From positions 28,720 through 92,719 of the forward strand of contig CAZNPC010000001.1 of assembly GCA_964574765.1 (NCBI GenBank): DNA of 64,000 nt. Direction: 5' to 3'. Under the pieces are notes generated by a model that was not told where the DNA came from, did not search any database, and saw only the letters and a list, made by a program, of their open reading frames with translations. Shown piece after piece: positions 37,813 to 48,145 of the stretch. Within the stretch, counting starts at the first letter, position 1. Each line of letters opens with the position of its first letter. Source of the DNA: an uncultured Nitrospirales bacterium. GTDB taxonomy: Bacteria; Nitrospirota; Thermodesulfovibrionia; UBA6902; BMS3Bbin08. Made by a program: the position numbers and the translations under genes.

Positions 37813-38492
37813 TATTTACGCTCCTTTCGCATCTGTTTATACAGGAACTCTGCCATAAGAAAATCGAGTTCTTCGTCAATATCAAGGGCTTCGAGCCTGT
37901 TAATTTCGAACATAAGGGGCCTGTTTCCAATGCGGTTACGCCCTGATTCAAGATTTTCCCGGTTAAAGATATATATGTTCGAGTTTTCTTCAAACACAGG
38001 GGGCAAATCCTGTGTGCGAAGCAGTTCATCTGGATTGTGATTTAAAGGCCCTGTTTCCGCGCTCCAGAGGCGGCTTTGTAAGCGGCTGACTGAAAAAAGA
38101 GAGTCATAGGATGGCAGTTTGCTTAAGAAAGTATTGATGGCCGACGTAATGGTTTCCGGCCTCAACAGAGGATTGGTGCTGTGGGTCTGAAGATACCAGT
38201 CAGCATCTGTCTGGGTGACGTCGTACAGAAGGACCTCATTCATTGGTATACTGCCTGCCCTGAGATGTTCAGGCCGCTCAATGACGCGAACTCCGGGAAA
38301 TTTCTTAGCCGCATCTTTCTGAATAAATGCACTGTCAGTGTCTATCATAATTTCAGATATTAAGCGGCATTCGAGGAGAGTCGAGATTATATTATGGTAC
38401 AATGGGCGGCCATTAAAGGACCGATAGTTTTTCCCGGGCACGCGGTCACTTTCATGACGCATGGGCACAAGTGCGACGATTTTATCTGCCAT
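37812..38492 (-). CDS. acylneuraminate/CMP-sugar cytidylyltransferase family protein (CTP_transf_3)
   Basis: IVALVPMRHESDRVPGKNYRSFNGRPL ... IMIDTDS, the NeuA/KdsB/PseF-type nucleotidyltransferase N-terminus. Confidence 0.7.
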   Translation of the reverse strand: MADKIVALVPMRHESDRVPGKNYRSFNGRPLYHNIISTLLECRLISEIMIDTDSAFIQKDAAKKFPGVRVIERPEHLRAGSIPMNEVLLYDVTQTDADWYLQTHSTNPLLRPETITSAINTFLSKLPSYDSLFSVSRLQSRLWSAETGPLNHNPDELLRTQDLPPVFEENSNIYIFNRENLESGRNRIGNRPLMFEINRLEALDIDEELDFLMAEFLYKQMRKERK

Positions 38493-39138
38493 CAGACATT
38501 ACCTCCATGGAAGGTACTAAGACCGCTCTGGCCGGTGCGCCTTCCGCCCCCATAAGTTTCAAAGGCAGACATAAAAGCTCATATTGTCCGGGAATGGCAT
38601 CTGACAGATTGAGTCCCTCTAAAATAACTGTTCCCGCCTCAAGCAGGATGCGGTGGACATTCGGTGCACCATGATAACGCTGTATTGAAAGGTAATCGAT
38701 GCCGGCAAGCATAATGCCATTTTTAACTATCCACGCGGCTGCATCCTCGGTCAATGCTACGTAGTCGGGATTAAAACCTTCCTTGCTCCAGAGGCCTGAA
38801 TTTTTGGTTTTAAAGAGAATCTTTTCTGTACTATCCGGCAGGCTGAGTTCAGAAAGATCCCTCTCCCCTATCGAATCGACACTGGTCAGATCAGCTACAA
38901 AGACCGGGCCACATAAAATGTCAAGCGGAAGCAGATCTACACTTTCTCCGACTTCAATATAGTGTAACGGTGCTTCTACATGGGTACCAGCATGCACATC
39001 ACATTCAATGGTTGAGTCATTGGACATATCACCTTTTCCTATTCTCTTTACCCATTTATGACGTATACCGATACTCTCGGGCCAAACCGGCATTCCTTTA
39101 TACAAAGTTACCGAGATATCAATGATGCTCATAATCAA
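38482..39138 (-). CDS. cyclase family protein (kynurenine formamidase-like metal hydrolase fold)
   Basis: HAGTHVEAPLHY motif of PF04199. 218 aa. Confidence 0.7.
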   Translation of the reverse strand: MIMSIIDISVTLYKGMPVWPESIGIRHKWVKRIGKGDMSNDSTIECDVHAGTHVEAPLHYIEVGESVDLLPLDILCGPVFVADLTSVDSIGERDLSELSLPDSTEKILFKTKNSGLWSKEGFNPDYVALTEDAAAWIVKNGIMLAGIDYLSIQRYHGAPNVHRILLEAGTVILEGLNLSDAIPGQYELLCLPLKLMGAEGAPARAVLVPSMEVMSDGR

Positions 39139-40069
39139 TATAACTCCTTTTTTCTTTGTCTGAAGTATCCTGTTTGAGAGTTAAACCGGCCGGATAGTAA
39201 AAGCGGTCTCTTAACTGTTGTGAAACCGAACCATGCCGCACAAATCCCCTATACGTACCCCAGAACTGCATGAGTCTGAACAGGGGTATTCCGACAATGT
39301 TCTTAAAAAACATTCTGTCCTTCCATGAATGATAATAATCAGTAACCACGTTTGCTATAAATAGTTTTAAAAAATCCCATATGTGAAACCGCTCGTGGGG
39401 GTAAACTCTCTTAAGCGCCATGGCCTCACGCTTGTACCGATTATATATCTGGGAATAACTTTCATTGTGAACATGGATTATCTCTGCCGTGGCGCTGTAA
39501 ACAATCTTTTTACCAAGTTCAGACACACGCTCAGCCCAGTCAATATCCTCAAGCCCTGTCAGATCCTCATTATACGGTAAACGATCCCAAAAGGACCGTC
39601 GGATTGCAGCGTTGGCGTTATTGCAAAACGGGTGTTTCTGAGGATTTATAGAATGTTCGGGGTACCATTTTTTGTATATCTGGTGCTCAGTATACCTGGC
39701 TGTTTCATTTCCCCTCTGCTTACCGTAAACAAGGGCAACTGCCGGGTCATTAAATGGCGTGATTAGTTTTTCAAGCCAATCCTTGTACACAGGGTAGACA
39801 TGAGCGCTCGCTATGACTATAAACTCGCCGGTCGAGGCGGCGCAGCCCTTGTTTAAAGAACTACCAAATGAGAATTCCTCCGGATTAATTGATAATATCT
39901 TTACTGGATATCGCGAAGCAATAGAAAGTGTAGCATCGGTTGAGCCCGAATTTACCAGGATAATTTCCACGTCCTTTACCGTCTGCTCCAGTATCCCTGA
40001 CAGTAACCGTCCTATATGCCATTCTTCATTGTAGCATCTGATTATTAACGAACAGCGAGGCTTGTTCAT
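39119..40069 (-). CDS. GT2 family glycosyltransferase
   Basis: CSLIIRCYNEEWHIGRLLSGILEQT ... IILVNSGSTDAT. Confidence 0.75.
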   Translation of the reverse strand: MNKPRCSLIIRCYNEEWHIGRLLSGILEQTVKDVEIILVNSGSTDATLSIASRYPVKILSINPEEFSFGSSLNKGCAASTGEFIVIASAHVYPVYKDWLEKLITPFNDPAVALVYGKQRGNETARYTEHQIYKKWYPEHSINPQKHPFCNNANAAIRRSFWDRLPYNEDLTGLEDIDWAERVSELGKKIVYSATAEIIHVHNESYSQIYNRYKREAMALKRVYPHERFHIWDFLKLFIANVVTDYYHSWKDRMFFKNIVGIPLFRLMQFWGTYRGFVRHGSVSQQLRDRFYYPAGLTLKQDTSDKEKRSYIDYEHH

Positions 40070-41433
40070 TGACCGATTCCCATAGCATCAAATAAGGATT
40101 CAGCCGTATGGAACATGGAAAATGCCTCTATATTTCTTTCTGTATTGGAGTGATAGCGGGGAAAGTTGTCACATACCTTCTTTACAGCATTAACAAAACT
40201 CGATATATCGCCGGATTTAAAGATCTCTCCAGAACCGTATTGCTTTATCATATCTGCCATCCATGTGTCTTCAGGAACAACAACCACTTTACGTTTTCTT
40301 AGAGAATCAACAAACAACCCCGATGTTTGACAAGGGTATTCAGCTCTTGAATGGGGCATCAATATAATATCACAGTTAGAAACCTGCTCCTCATATTTAT
40401 CTTTTGGCAAATCTCCAATCAAATGTACAATCCGTTCCGTCTCTTTTTTAAACTCATCAACCATCTCACTCATGTCTTCAATCCCCAGATTGGTATTATG
40501 GCGCATGATAAAATTTACATGCGAGTATCCCTTTGCATTTACAATCCTCAGATACAGGTCTCTTACCAGATGGTATCCTTGCTTTATATGGGCATACCCC
40601 AAAAATCCGATAATAATCTTTTCTATGTTTTTTTTAAGTTGCTGGGAGACCCTGCTATGATCGGCAATCTTCCCTAAAGGAATAGGGAATACTTTGATCG
40701 AACGCCTGAAGTAGGGCGAATAGCAGGAAACTATTCTTTCTGAATCTGCACAGAGATTAACCCTTTGATCTGGATCATATTTTTCTACTGACCCCGATAT
40801 AGATCTCAACATACGTTCATATTTTGGTACAGACTCATTTCTACAAAACCCTGGGTCTAAATAAAAGAGGCCTAGATAGGCTTGAATATTCAAGGTGGAG
40901 TACCTTTCTAAATTTAAAAGCTTGGCAAAAACAGGAAAGTATAATGGGTGTGACGTGTACATGTAGATTGATATTTTGTCGTAATTATTTTTTGAGACAC
41001 GGTCCAGAATCATCTCTAATACTACAGAAAACGATTTAAGCACCCTAGTTTTGTAATTATCAATTAGGTTTTCGGCCAGCTTTAATAACGCTTTGCAATT
41101 GAATACCGTCTTAAGCTCAAATCCCCTTATGATCTGTAATCTGTCGAAGATCTCCATTGCCATAGTGTTAACTAACTTATGCGTTCTGGAGAGACCCCTC
41201 ATCTGGAAGGACTCATTTTCCTTCAGGATGGCTTTATATTGAAACTTTCTATCAAGGCCGTATTCTTCAGCTATATCCTCCGAGATGTCTCCGTTAACAA
41301 AATGCCAGATATTTACGCCCCTTTTCCGAGCCTCTTCATGAATATTATCTGCAAAATTTCTGTAGTGCCCAATGTTATCTAAAAAGCCTGGGTCGATATA
41401 GACTAAAAGCTCATTCATCGTATAATTTCTCAA
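40066..41433 (-). CDS. hypothetical protein, possibly a GT-B-like glycosyltransferase
   Basis: 455 aa. The C-terminal region (RKVVVVPEDTWMADMIKQYGSGEIFKSGD) resembles a GT-B C-domain. No firm motif. Confidence 0.35.
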   Translation of the reverse strand: MRNYTMNELLVYIDPGFLDNIGHYRNFADNIHEEARKRGVNIWHFVNGDISEDIAEEYGLDRKFQYKAILKENESFQMRGLSRTHKLVNTMAMEIFDRLQIIRGFELKTVFNCKALLKLAENLIDNYKTRVLKSFSVVLEMILDRVSKNNYDKISIYMYTSHPLYFPVFAKLLNLERYSTLNIQAYLGLFYLDPGFCRNESVPKYERMLRSISGSVEKYDPDQRVNLCADSERIVSCYSPYFRRSIKVFPIPLGKIADHSRVSQQLKKNIEKIIIGFLGYAHIKQGYHLVRDLYLRIVNAKGYSHVNFIMRHNTNLGIEDMSEMVDEFKKETERIVHLIGDLPKDKYEEQVSNCDIILMPHSRAEYPCQTSGLFVDSLRKRKVVVVPEDTWMADMIKQYGSGEIFKSGDISSFVNAVKKVCDNFPRYHSNTERNIEAFSMFHTAESLFDAMGIGQ

Positions 41434-42425
41434 ATGTGCTTTACCTCAACAACCCCAACCGGCTGATACCGCGGGTCCCATTTCCCCCACGGCATGCCGT
41501 TGCTACCTGACTTATAATAAAATGGAGCAAGTCTTTTATGCAGCTCGTTATTTTCTTCTTTTAGTTTCTTGAAAAGTTCGTCTTTCTGTGAAAAATTACT
41601 CGGAACATCTTCTGATAGCTTGAATAATTTTTTAAGACTGGTCTCGCTGTAACACCAACCCTTTGAGGACTCATGGAACCAGTCATCTGACTGCGAGGCG
41701 CTGACAGTTATAGATAATCGACCACCAGGTTTTGTAACACGCAATATTTCCTCCATACACTTCTCAAAATCTTCATGGTCGTTATGTTCCAATGCAGAGA
41801 TTGAAACAATACCGTCTACAAAATTATCGGGCAGAAAAACCATATCTTTAAGATCGCACTTGCATATAAAAATCCTTCCACAGTTCTCAGGGACACTGCT
41901 TTTAAGGATCTCGTTATAGCCATTACCTTTGGGGTGGTATCTGTTTTTTTCGATAATAGACACAGCGTCCCCTTCTTGCTTTATTCCCCCGCAAAGAAGA
42001 AGTGGTTGTAATATTTTATTAATAATGCCTCTTTTCAATCTTGCAATAGGAATATTGTAATTCCTTTGCAGGTGCCGTATATAACGGTTATCAAAGGTCT
42101 GCTCCTGGTCGTTAAGGCGATATATTACTTTTTTATATCGTTTAATGTGACGTCTGGAAAAGATACGGGTGGTAAAATCAGCGCTGATGACATTATAGCC
42201 CAATTCCGCGAGGATAAATTGTGCCAGCCCTGTCCCTGCCCCTGCATCCAGAATAAGAGACCCCCTTGGTAATTTCTTAACCTCCCTGATCATCCAGGCC
42301 AGGTCGAGATAGTAATGCCACCCTATCCCTTGTTTAAAATACTTCTGCATGCGCTTAACAATTTCCATCTCTTCATTATGGCTCTTAAACAGATCTAAAC
42401 TTAAGATTTCTATCTTATCCAGCAT
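41430..42425 (-). CDS. class I SAM-dependent methyltransferase
   Basis: LILDAGAGTGLAQFILAELGYNVISADF Gly-rich SAM motif. Confidence 0.7.
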   Translation of the reverse strand: MLDKIEILSLDLFKSHNEEMEIVKRMQKYFKQGIGWHYYLDLAWMIREVKKLPRGSLILDAGAGTGLAQFILAELGYNVISADFTTRIFSRRHIKRYKKVIYRLNDQEQTFDNRYIRHLQRNYNIPIARLKRGIINKILQPLLLCGGIKQEGDAVSIIEKNRYHPKGNGYNEILKSSVPENCGRIFICKCDLKDMVFLPDNFVDGIVSISALEHNDHEDFEKCMEEILRVTKPGGRLSITVSASQSDDWFHESSKGWCYSETSLKKLFKLSEDVPSNFSQKDELFKKLKEENNELHKRLAPFYYKSGSNGMPWGKWDPRYQPVGVVEVKHI

Positions 42426-42650
42426 GACTTTATATGTAAATCTTTTATTACAGGATTAATGATGTGTGCCAATTTTCTCATATTATATATATCTGATATT
42501 GCAATTTTCCTGTATTCGATTGTGAACTGGAAGAATGATATAAATCATACAGGCTTGCGAAGAAATATTAAATAGTTGTCTCCAATTGCAATACCAATGG
42601 TCTTTTTAATAAAGTAATACAGTGGTTCCTAGTCATCATAACCGCTTTTT

Positions 42651-43688
42651 TTACTTTCTTATAAAATAATCATAGATTATTCTCAATGGTTTTGTAACCT
42701 TCCAGCTGATGCTGTTAAGGAGCGCATCCCTCTCCTCCGTTAACCTGTTGACCTTTCTTACATGCCTGTTTATATCTGTTCCTTCATCCATTAAGACATT
42801 CCATGAAATCAATTCCTTCCGCATTTTCTCGGCAGGTCCGCTGACCAATGATTCTACTTCGTCGAAGTCATATCCCATCTCTTTAACCAGTTCCGGCCCG
42901 AGCTCTTTAAGATACGATTGTGCAAAATGTTTTTCCTGCGTAGATATAAAACCTTTTTCCCATTTATCCATATTACCAGCGGTCGGACGGATTGCTTTTC
43001 TTACTCCAACTTTGTCCCCGAATTTCCATTCAGTATTTAGCCGACTACCGTAATTAACCATGTTTTCATAATATGAAATACCAAGATATCCGCAAATCTT
43101 TTTAAGAATACTTCCAGTATTTACGATAAGTTCTTCATATTTAACCTTTAAACATCTATCTGGATGTTCCTTTACGCAGTCCACCAGTTTTTGTGGTGCA
43201 ATCATCAAATCGTCTTTATAGTTTCCAAGACGTGGCAGATCATCTTTAATCCATGTCTTTAAAATAGAGTTCAAAACCGCTAATGGGTTTCTAAAAAGAA
43301 TTATAAATTTTGCTGCCGGAAAGATTTCCATAAGTTCCGGGATGATATGGTAATACCGTGGTGTTTTATCAAGAAAGGTTTTTTTCTTCTGGTGCTTAAT
43401 CGCTTTCTCGTAAAAAGATAAAAGGAATGTCCTTATCTGCTTTTTATAAAACACTTCATCTGTTCCACTCTGTTTGAGGACTTCCTCCATCGCATTAAGG
43501 GCAAGGCTGGAATCATAAACCGTATCGATACCTTTTTTACGTAGGGCAAATAATGGATGAAGCGCTATCCATGGTTCGGATGTAGTTGCAATGTCAGGAT
43601 GACCGGCAAGCATCAGCTGGAGCATGGTCGACCCGGCCCTCGGCTGAGAGATTAGAAATATTAACTGTTCCCCTTGTAATTTGCTCAT
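42651..43688 (-). CDS. sulfotransferase (Sulfotransfer_3/Stf0-like)
   Basis: IFLISQPRAGSTMLQLML, a PAPS 5'-phosphosulfate-binding loop of the P-R-(S/A)-G-(S/T)-T type. Confidence 0.65.
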   Translation of the reverse strand: MSKLQGEQLIFLISQPRAGSTMLQLMLAGHPDIATTSEPWIALHPLFALRKKGIDTVYDSSLALNAMEEVLKQSGTDEVFYKKQIRTFLLSFYEKAIKHQKKKTFLDKTPRYYHIIPELMEIFPAAKFIILFRNPLAVLNSILKTWIKDDLPRLGNYKDDLMIAPQKLVDCVKEHPDRCLKVKYEELIVNTGSILKKICGYLGISYYENMVNYGSRLNTEWKFGDKVGVRKAIRPTAGNMDKWEKGFISTQEKHFAQSYLKELGPELVKEMGYDFDEVESLVSGPAEKMRKELISWNVLMDEGTDINRHVRKVNRLTEERDALLNSISWKVTKPLRIIYDYFIRK

Positions 43689-43869
43689 AACAATTATCGC
43701 TTATAATTCATCAAAGCAATATTATACATGGCACATTCCACCTACTGCGATCATTCATTAGTGTTCTTTAAGAGAGTCTGCATTATACCGTCTCTCTTCT
43801 TACTGTCTATGCCTTTTATAATATCAATAATATATGGAGTAATAGCTATGTTTTCTTCATCATTTCAAT

Positions 43870-44802
43870 CTAGCCAAGTGCATGTCTGATTTTGATTGCT
43901 CTGAGAATATACCGCCATATTTTGTCAATCATTTTCTTAATGGGTCCATAATGATTTTCGCTCCTAAATCGATATAGAGACTTAATAACTCGATTATTTT
44001 GCTCGATGTCTTTGTCCATTTCAAGTTGAAATGGCGCTTTTGAAATACTAACTTCGAACCTTTTTGTTACACCACAATGAACTCCGGTACCATCAAAACC
44101 AATATTATTAGTTAACGAGCGCGTGGGCGCGACAGTATAAGCGTTAAGAAGAAATTGCGTATAAAATATCCTCACATCCAGAGCATTAATTTCCCCTTCC
44201 GCCTCTCTCTTCAACATAGACAACAAATCCTCGCCACCTCTCCTGAATCTTCTGACAAGAGATTTATTTCTAATAAATTTATTGAAATCTATTTTGTCAA
44301 TTATTATTTTATCGTACCTATCTGCCCATATACCAAATCCCCATGCAGAGAATCTAGGAGATAAATAGACATCTTTTTTGTAATATCTTTCTAACTTTAC
44401 CGGTGGGGTATAGCCACATATGGCGAAAATATCTTCTCTCTCCTTATAAATAGTAAGCCCTTCATTTATAAATTCCAGAAACCCCGGAGCAGTGACGACA
44501 TCCTCCTCTAAAAAGATTATTTTCCCATAGTTATCAAGAAGCCATCGCATACCATCACGATTATTAGCAATACGATTATTTTTATCTCTTTCTGAAATAG
44601 TGACATTTTTAAACCCATCAAGAGTCTTTAAATAATTACGCACCTTCTTCACTTTGTCTTCATCGCCCGGCTTAGCAGCATCAGAAAAAACGTACAATTC
44701 GCTTTCTTTTGCCAAAGTGTTTTTTTGTAACGCTTCAACAGTTTGCTTTAATACTTCAACCCTTGAGTATGCGCTTAGTCCTATTGGTGCTAATGTCCTC
44801 AT
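43870..44802 (-). CDS. putative GT-A fold glycosyltransferase
   Basis: N-terminal APIGLSAYSRVEVLKQTVEAL (GT2-like start) and an acidic FLEEDVV motif. Otherwise unassigned. Confidence 0.4.
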   Translation of the reverse strand: MRTLAPIGLSAYSRVEVLKQTVEALQKNTLAKESELYVFSDAAKPGDEDKVKKVRNYLKTLDGFKNVTISERDKNNRIANNRDGMRWLLDNYGKIIFLEEDVVTAPGFLEFINEGLTIYKEREDIFAICGYTPPVKLERYYKKDVYLSPRFSAWGFGIWADRYDKIIIDKIDFNKFIRNKSLVRRFRRGGEDLLSMLKREAEGEINALDVRIFYTQFLLNAYTVAPTRSLTNNIGFDGTGVHCGVTKRFEVSISKAPFQLEMDKDIEQNNRVIKSLYRFRSENHYGPIKKMIDKIWRYILRAIKIRHALG

Positions 44803-44958
44803 TTAAGAAAGCTCCTTACCCGGCATATATGATTCAAAGTCCTTATAAATGCCAAAATGCTAATCTCTGAAGATTTCCACAAAAAACTCATATGTACCCT
44901 AGCATCTCGAAATAAATATGACTTTGACTGCACGACCTTTCAACAGAATATTCATAAA

Positions 44959-46155
44959 TCATCCATTCAGTCTATTTAGTTCTGGTGCTTTTTCGTGAGC
45001 TAATTTGATAATTTTACATATCGCGTAGATACAATCAGTAGTGACTACTTGACCACAGGGAAGCTGCATAATTCTTTCAGACAAATAATCTGTTATAGGA
45101 AAAGAGTCAAGCTGCCCCGGGAAATCATCGCAGTAGGGGATAGTTTTATGCAGCCCGGGTGAGAAATATTTTCTACTGGCGATGTTTTCGGCCTTTAAAA
45201 CTTTCATTAATAAATCCCTTGATATACCAAACTTGTCCGGTGAAACCTCCAGTACCACGTATTGATAGTTGCTGGTGTCTGTTGCAACGGGATATAGCAT
45301 GCGTATCCCAGGTATGCCGTTTAGTAATTCATCGTAGAGTTTAAAATAGGTTTCGTTTCGTTTCAGTATCATAGGATAGTCTTCAAGGCTTAGCAGGGCC
45401 ATAGCGGCTTGAGCTTCAGACATTCTTCCATTCCCAGTTATTGGAATGCTTATCGGCCTACCAGCACCATAGCTGCTGCGGATATTTCGAAGCTTTGATG
45501 CTATGTAATCATCATTAGTAGAAACGCAACCACCTTCAGTAGCATTAAGAACCTTTGTCGCATGTAAAGAAAAAACCGAAAGTGCCCCATAATTTCCAGC
45601 AGTCTTCCCTGAAAATGAATTTCCAAATGCGTGTGCCGCATCGAAATAAATCTGTAAATTATTTTGTTTTGCCAAGTCCTCTAGAACTTCTGGATTGCAG
45701 GAGTTCCCCCATAGATGAACACCTAATATTGCGCTTACATCATCATCAATCAGGGCGGCTATTTTTTCAGATGAAATCTGATGAGTTTCGGGGTCTACAT
45801 CACAAAATATGGGTTCTAATCCTGCCCATGAAATAGATTGTGCTGTTGCGGTAAACGTAAAAGCGGGGCAAATGACTTTACCTTTAAGGTCGAGAACCTT
45901 TGCCGCTATTAACAAAGCAATGGTCGCGTTGGTCATACAAATCACATGCTTGACGCCTAATAAACTTCTGAGTTTCTCCTCCAGTTCATCTGTCAGGGGG
46001 CCTTGGTTGGTATAGAATTGCCTGGTAAATATATCGCGAAATACAACTTCAAAGCGTTCCCATTCTGGGAAGTTAAGTTGCCCTACTGGAATTCTCCTCT
46101 GAAAAGCAGGGGCTGCACCAAGTATGGCAAGACTATTGATAGATGGTCTTTTCAT
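44959..46155 (-). CDS. DegT/DnrJ/EryC1/StrS family PLP-dependent sugar aminotransferase
   Basis: FSLHATKVLNATEGG (PLP lysine), DAAHAFG. 398 aa. Confidence 0.85.
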   Translation of the reverse strand: MKRPSINSLAILGAAPAFQRRIPVGQLNFPEWERFEVVFRDIFTRQFYTNQGPLTDELEEKLRSLLGVKHVICMTNATIALLIAAKVLDLKGKVICPAFTFTATAQSISWAGLEPIFCDVDPETHQISSEKIAALIDDDVSAILGVHLWGNSCNPEVLEDLAKQNNLQIYFDAAHAFGNSFSGKTAGNYGALSVFSLHATKVLNATEGGCVSTNDDYIASKLRNIRSSYGAGRPISIPITGNGRMSEAQAAMALLSLEDYPMILKRNETYFKLYDELLNGIPGIRMLYPVATDTSNYQYVVLEVSPDKFGISRDLLMKVLKAENIASRKYFSPGLHKTIPYCDDFPGQLDSFPITDYLSERIMQLPCGQVVTTDCIYAICKIIKLAHEKAPELNRLNG

Positions 46156-47357
46156 TTTCGCATCTGCTCCAGGTATTTTTTTAGCTGTTCTCCACTCTCT
46201 TGTATGAAGCCTAATATTGATGTTATGGCCTGAATGTCATCAGTAGATACAAATTCACCACAGGGCATAAGTAGATATTTTTCTGCAAGCAGTTCTGTCA
46301 CCGGAAGTTCGCCTTTTATGGTTTTGTAATCTGTTTTCTTCATATGAAGGGGAGGTGAATAGTAAGCCCTGGCCAACATATTTTCTGCATGAAGAATGTC
46401 CAAAGTATCCTTACGCGATACTGGCCATTCATCATTTATTTTCAAAAGAATATTCTTAAATCCTCGTTTTTCATTTTCATCGTATTTCACTATTTCAAGT
46501 CCAGCAATCGGCTCAAGAAGCTCGCGGTAATTATGGTAACGTCTACGATTACGAACAACCTGTTCTTCAAGGCCGTCTATACTGGCTAGAGTCATGGCTG
46601 CATGAATTTCGTTGAGTTTGGCATTGATTCCGGTCATGTCTACTTTGTCCTGACCAGAAAAACCAAAAGCACGCATTTTTTTAGTATTTTCAGCAAGTTC
46701 AAGGTCGTTTGTAGTCATATATCCTCCCTCGAAACCATTTAAAAGCTTACTTGCGTGCACAGAAAAGCATTCTGCCTGTCCAAAAGATCCAATCATTTTA
46801 CCCTTATAGGAAGAATACGGCGCTTCTACAGAATCAAAAAGAATTGGGATTCCGTGTTTGGCAGCCAATCCAGTAAGTCCGTCCACATCACATATATTTA
46901 CTATCGGATGTGCGATCAAAATCAAAGCTGTCTCGCTGGTAATACAGGCTTCAACAGTGGCTACACAAGCACCAAGCGTTTTTGAATCTATATCACAAAA
47001 ATTAGGGGTCAACTTAACCCAAGCTGCAAGATCTGCTAATCGTCTATATGTCATCGATGGCATAATGACTTCTTTTTTACCCTGTAAAGCGAGATGTTTC
47101 ATGCATAGCACCAATCCCCAAAACCCGCTACAAAATGTCACGCAATACCTGGTTTGATGAAGATCGGATAATCTTTTTTCCAACTCATGCACCATTGGTC
47201 CGTCGTTTGTTAGCCAACCACTGTCGAAGCTTTTTTTCGCATAAAACAAAAATCTTTCAATATCTGGTTTAACGAGATTAGAGGTCGATCGGATGGTAGA
47301 AAAAACAGGTCTGCCTCCAAACAGAGCTAAATCATTAATGTTTTTTTTGATATTCAT
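46152..47357 (-). CDS. DegT/DnrJ/EryC1/StrS family PLP-dependent sugar aminotransferase (second paralogue)
   Basis: FSVHASKLLNGFEGG (PLP lysine). 401 aa. A8 run within codons 4-6. Confidence 0.85.
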   Translation of the reverse strand: MNIKKNINDLALFGGRPVFSTIRSTSNLVKPDIERFLFYAKKSFDSGWLTNDGPMVHELEKRLSDLHQTRYCVTFCSGFWGLVLCMKHLALQGKKEVIMPSMTYRRLADLAAWVKLTPNFCDIDSKTLGACVATVEACITSETALILIAHPIVNICDVDGLTGLAAKHGIPILFDSVEAPYSSYKGKMIGSFGQAECFSVHASKLLNGFEGGYMTTNDLELAENTKKMRAFGFSGQDKVDMTGINAKLNEIHAAMTLASIDGLEEQVVRNRRRYHNYRELLEPIAGLEIVKYDENEKRGFKNILLKINDEWPVSRKDTLDILHAENMLARAYYSPPLHMKKTDYKTIKGELPVTELLAEKYLLMPCGEFVSTDDIQAITSILGFIQESGEQLKKYLEQMRK

Positions 47358-48079
47358 AATACAAGTAATCTATTAATCGGACGCCTGAGTATGACATCAT
47401 AACGATAATAGGCTGCGTAAAAACCCTCGGGCATTTCACGAATATCTATATCCCAACCAGCTTTATTCACTATATGGATAAAATCATTTTTGCTTCGCCA
47501 TATTCCAATAGGTGAGTTCTTGTCATCTAGAAGATGAGAAAATTCTTTGCCCTCTGGATAAAATAAGTGAGCACGGTCTCTATCTGGCAAATTACCAATA
47601 TACACCGTTTTAATATCAATAAATCGTTCAAATAGTCCACTCAAAACTATTTCCGCATCCTGAGAAGAAAGATAAGTAAACGCCCCGTAAATTAGACATT
47701 TGGTAAACCGTTCAGGCTCAGCTTCATTCTGCACATATGAAGCAGCATCAAATTCCTTAAAAATATAATCAGGAGCCTTTTCAAAGTTTGTTTTTGCAAT
47801 TTCAATGAGGTATTCAGAGTAATCCACTCCTTGAAACTGCAAGATATCATCAAAAAAATACCTTGAGAGTGCTCCGTTACCACAGCCAATATCCAACAAA
47901 ACATCCTCCGATGAAAATGCCAATCCATCTTTTATGGCGCTGACTATCATATTGATTTGATCTTGAGAAACGGGCACGCCATGCACAGTCCTGCTGACCT
48001 GTCCCCAAAAATCGTCTGATGCACAGCTTTTGGGGTGTTCCTTATGCAAATAGTCCCCATTTCCAGGTTTTTTTCTCAT
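47354..48079 (-). CDS. class I SAM-dependent methyltransferase
   Basis: LLDIGCGNGALSRYF motif. Confidence 0.65.
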   Translation of the reverse strand: MRKKPGNGDYLHKEHPKSCASDDFWGQVSRTVHGVPVSQDQINMIVSAIKDGLAFSSEDVLLDIGCGNGALSRYFFDDILQFQGVDYSEYLIEIAKTNFEKAPDYIFKEFDAASYVQNEAEPERFTKCLIYGAFTYLSSQDAEIVLSGLFERFIDIKTVYIGNLPDRDRAHLFYPEGKEFSHLLDDKNSPIGIWRSKNDFIHIVNKAGWDIDIREMPEGFYAAYYRYDVILRRPINRLLVL

Positions 48080-48145
48080 TTCAGTGACTCCCTAATAATA
48101 AAAATACTTCCAAGCATAGATATCCCGGTAAACTCATGTGATAAT

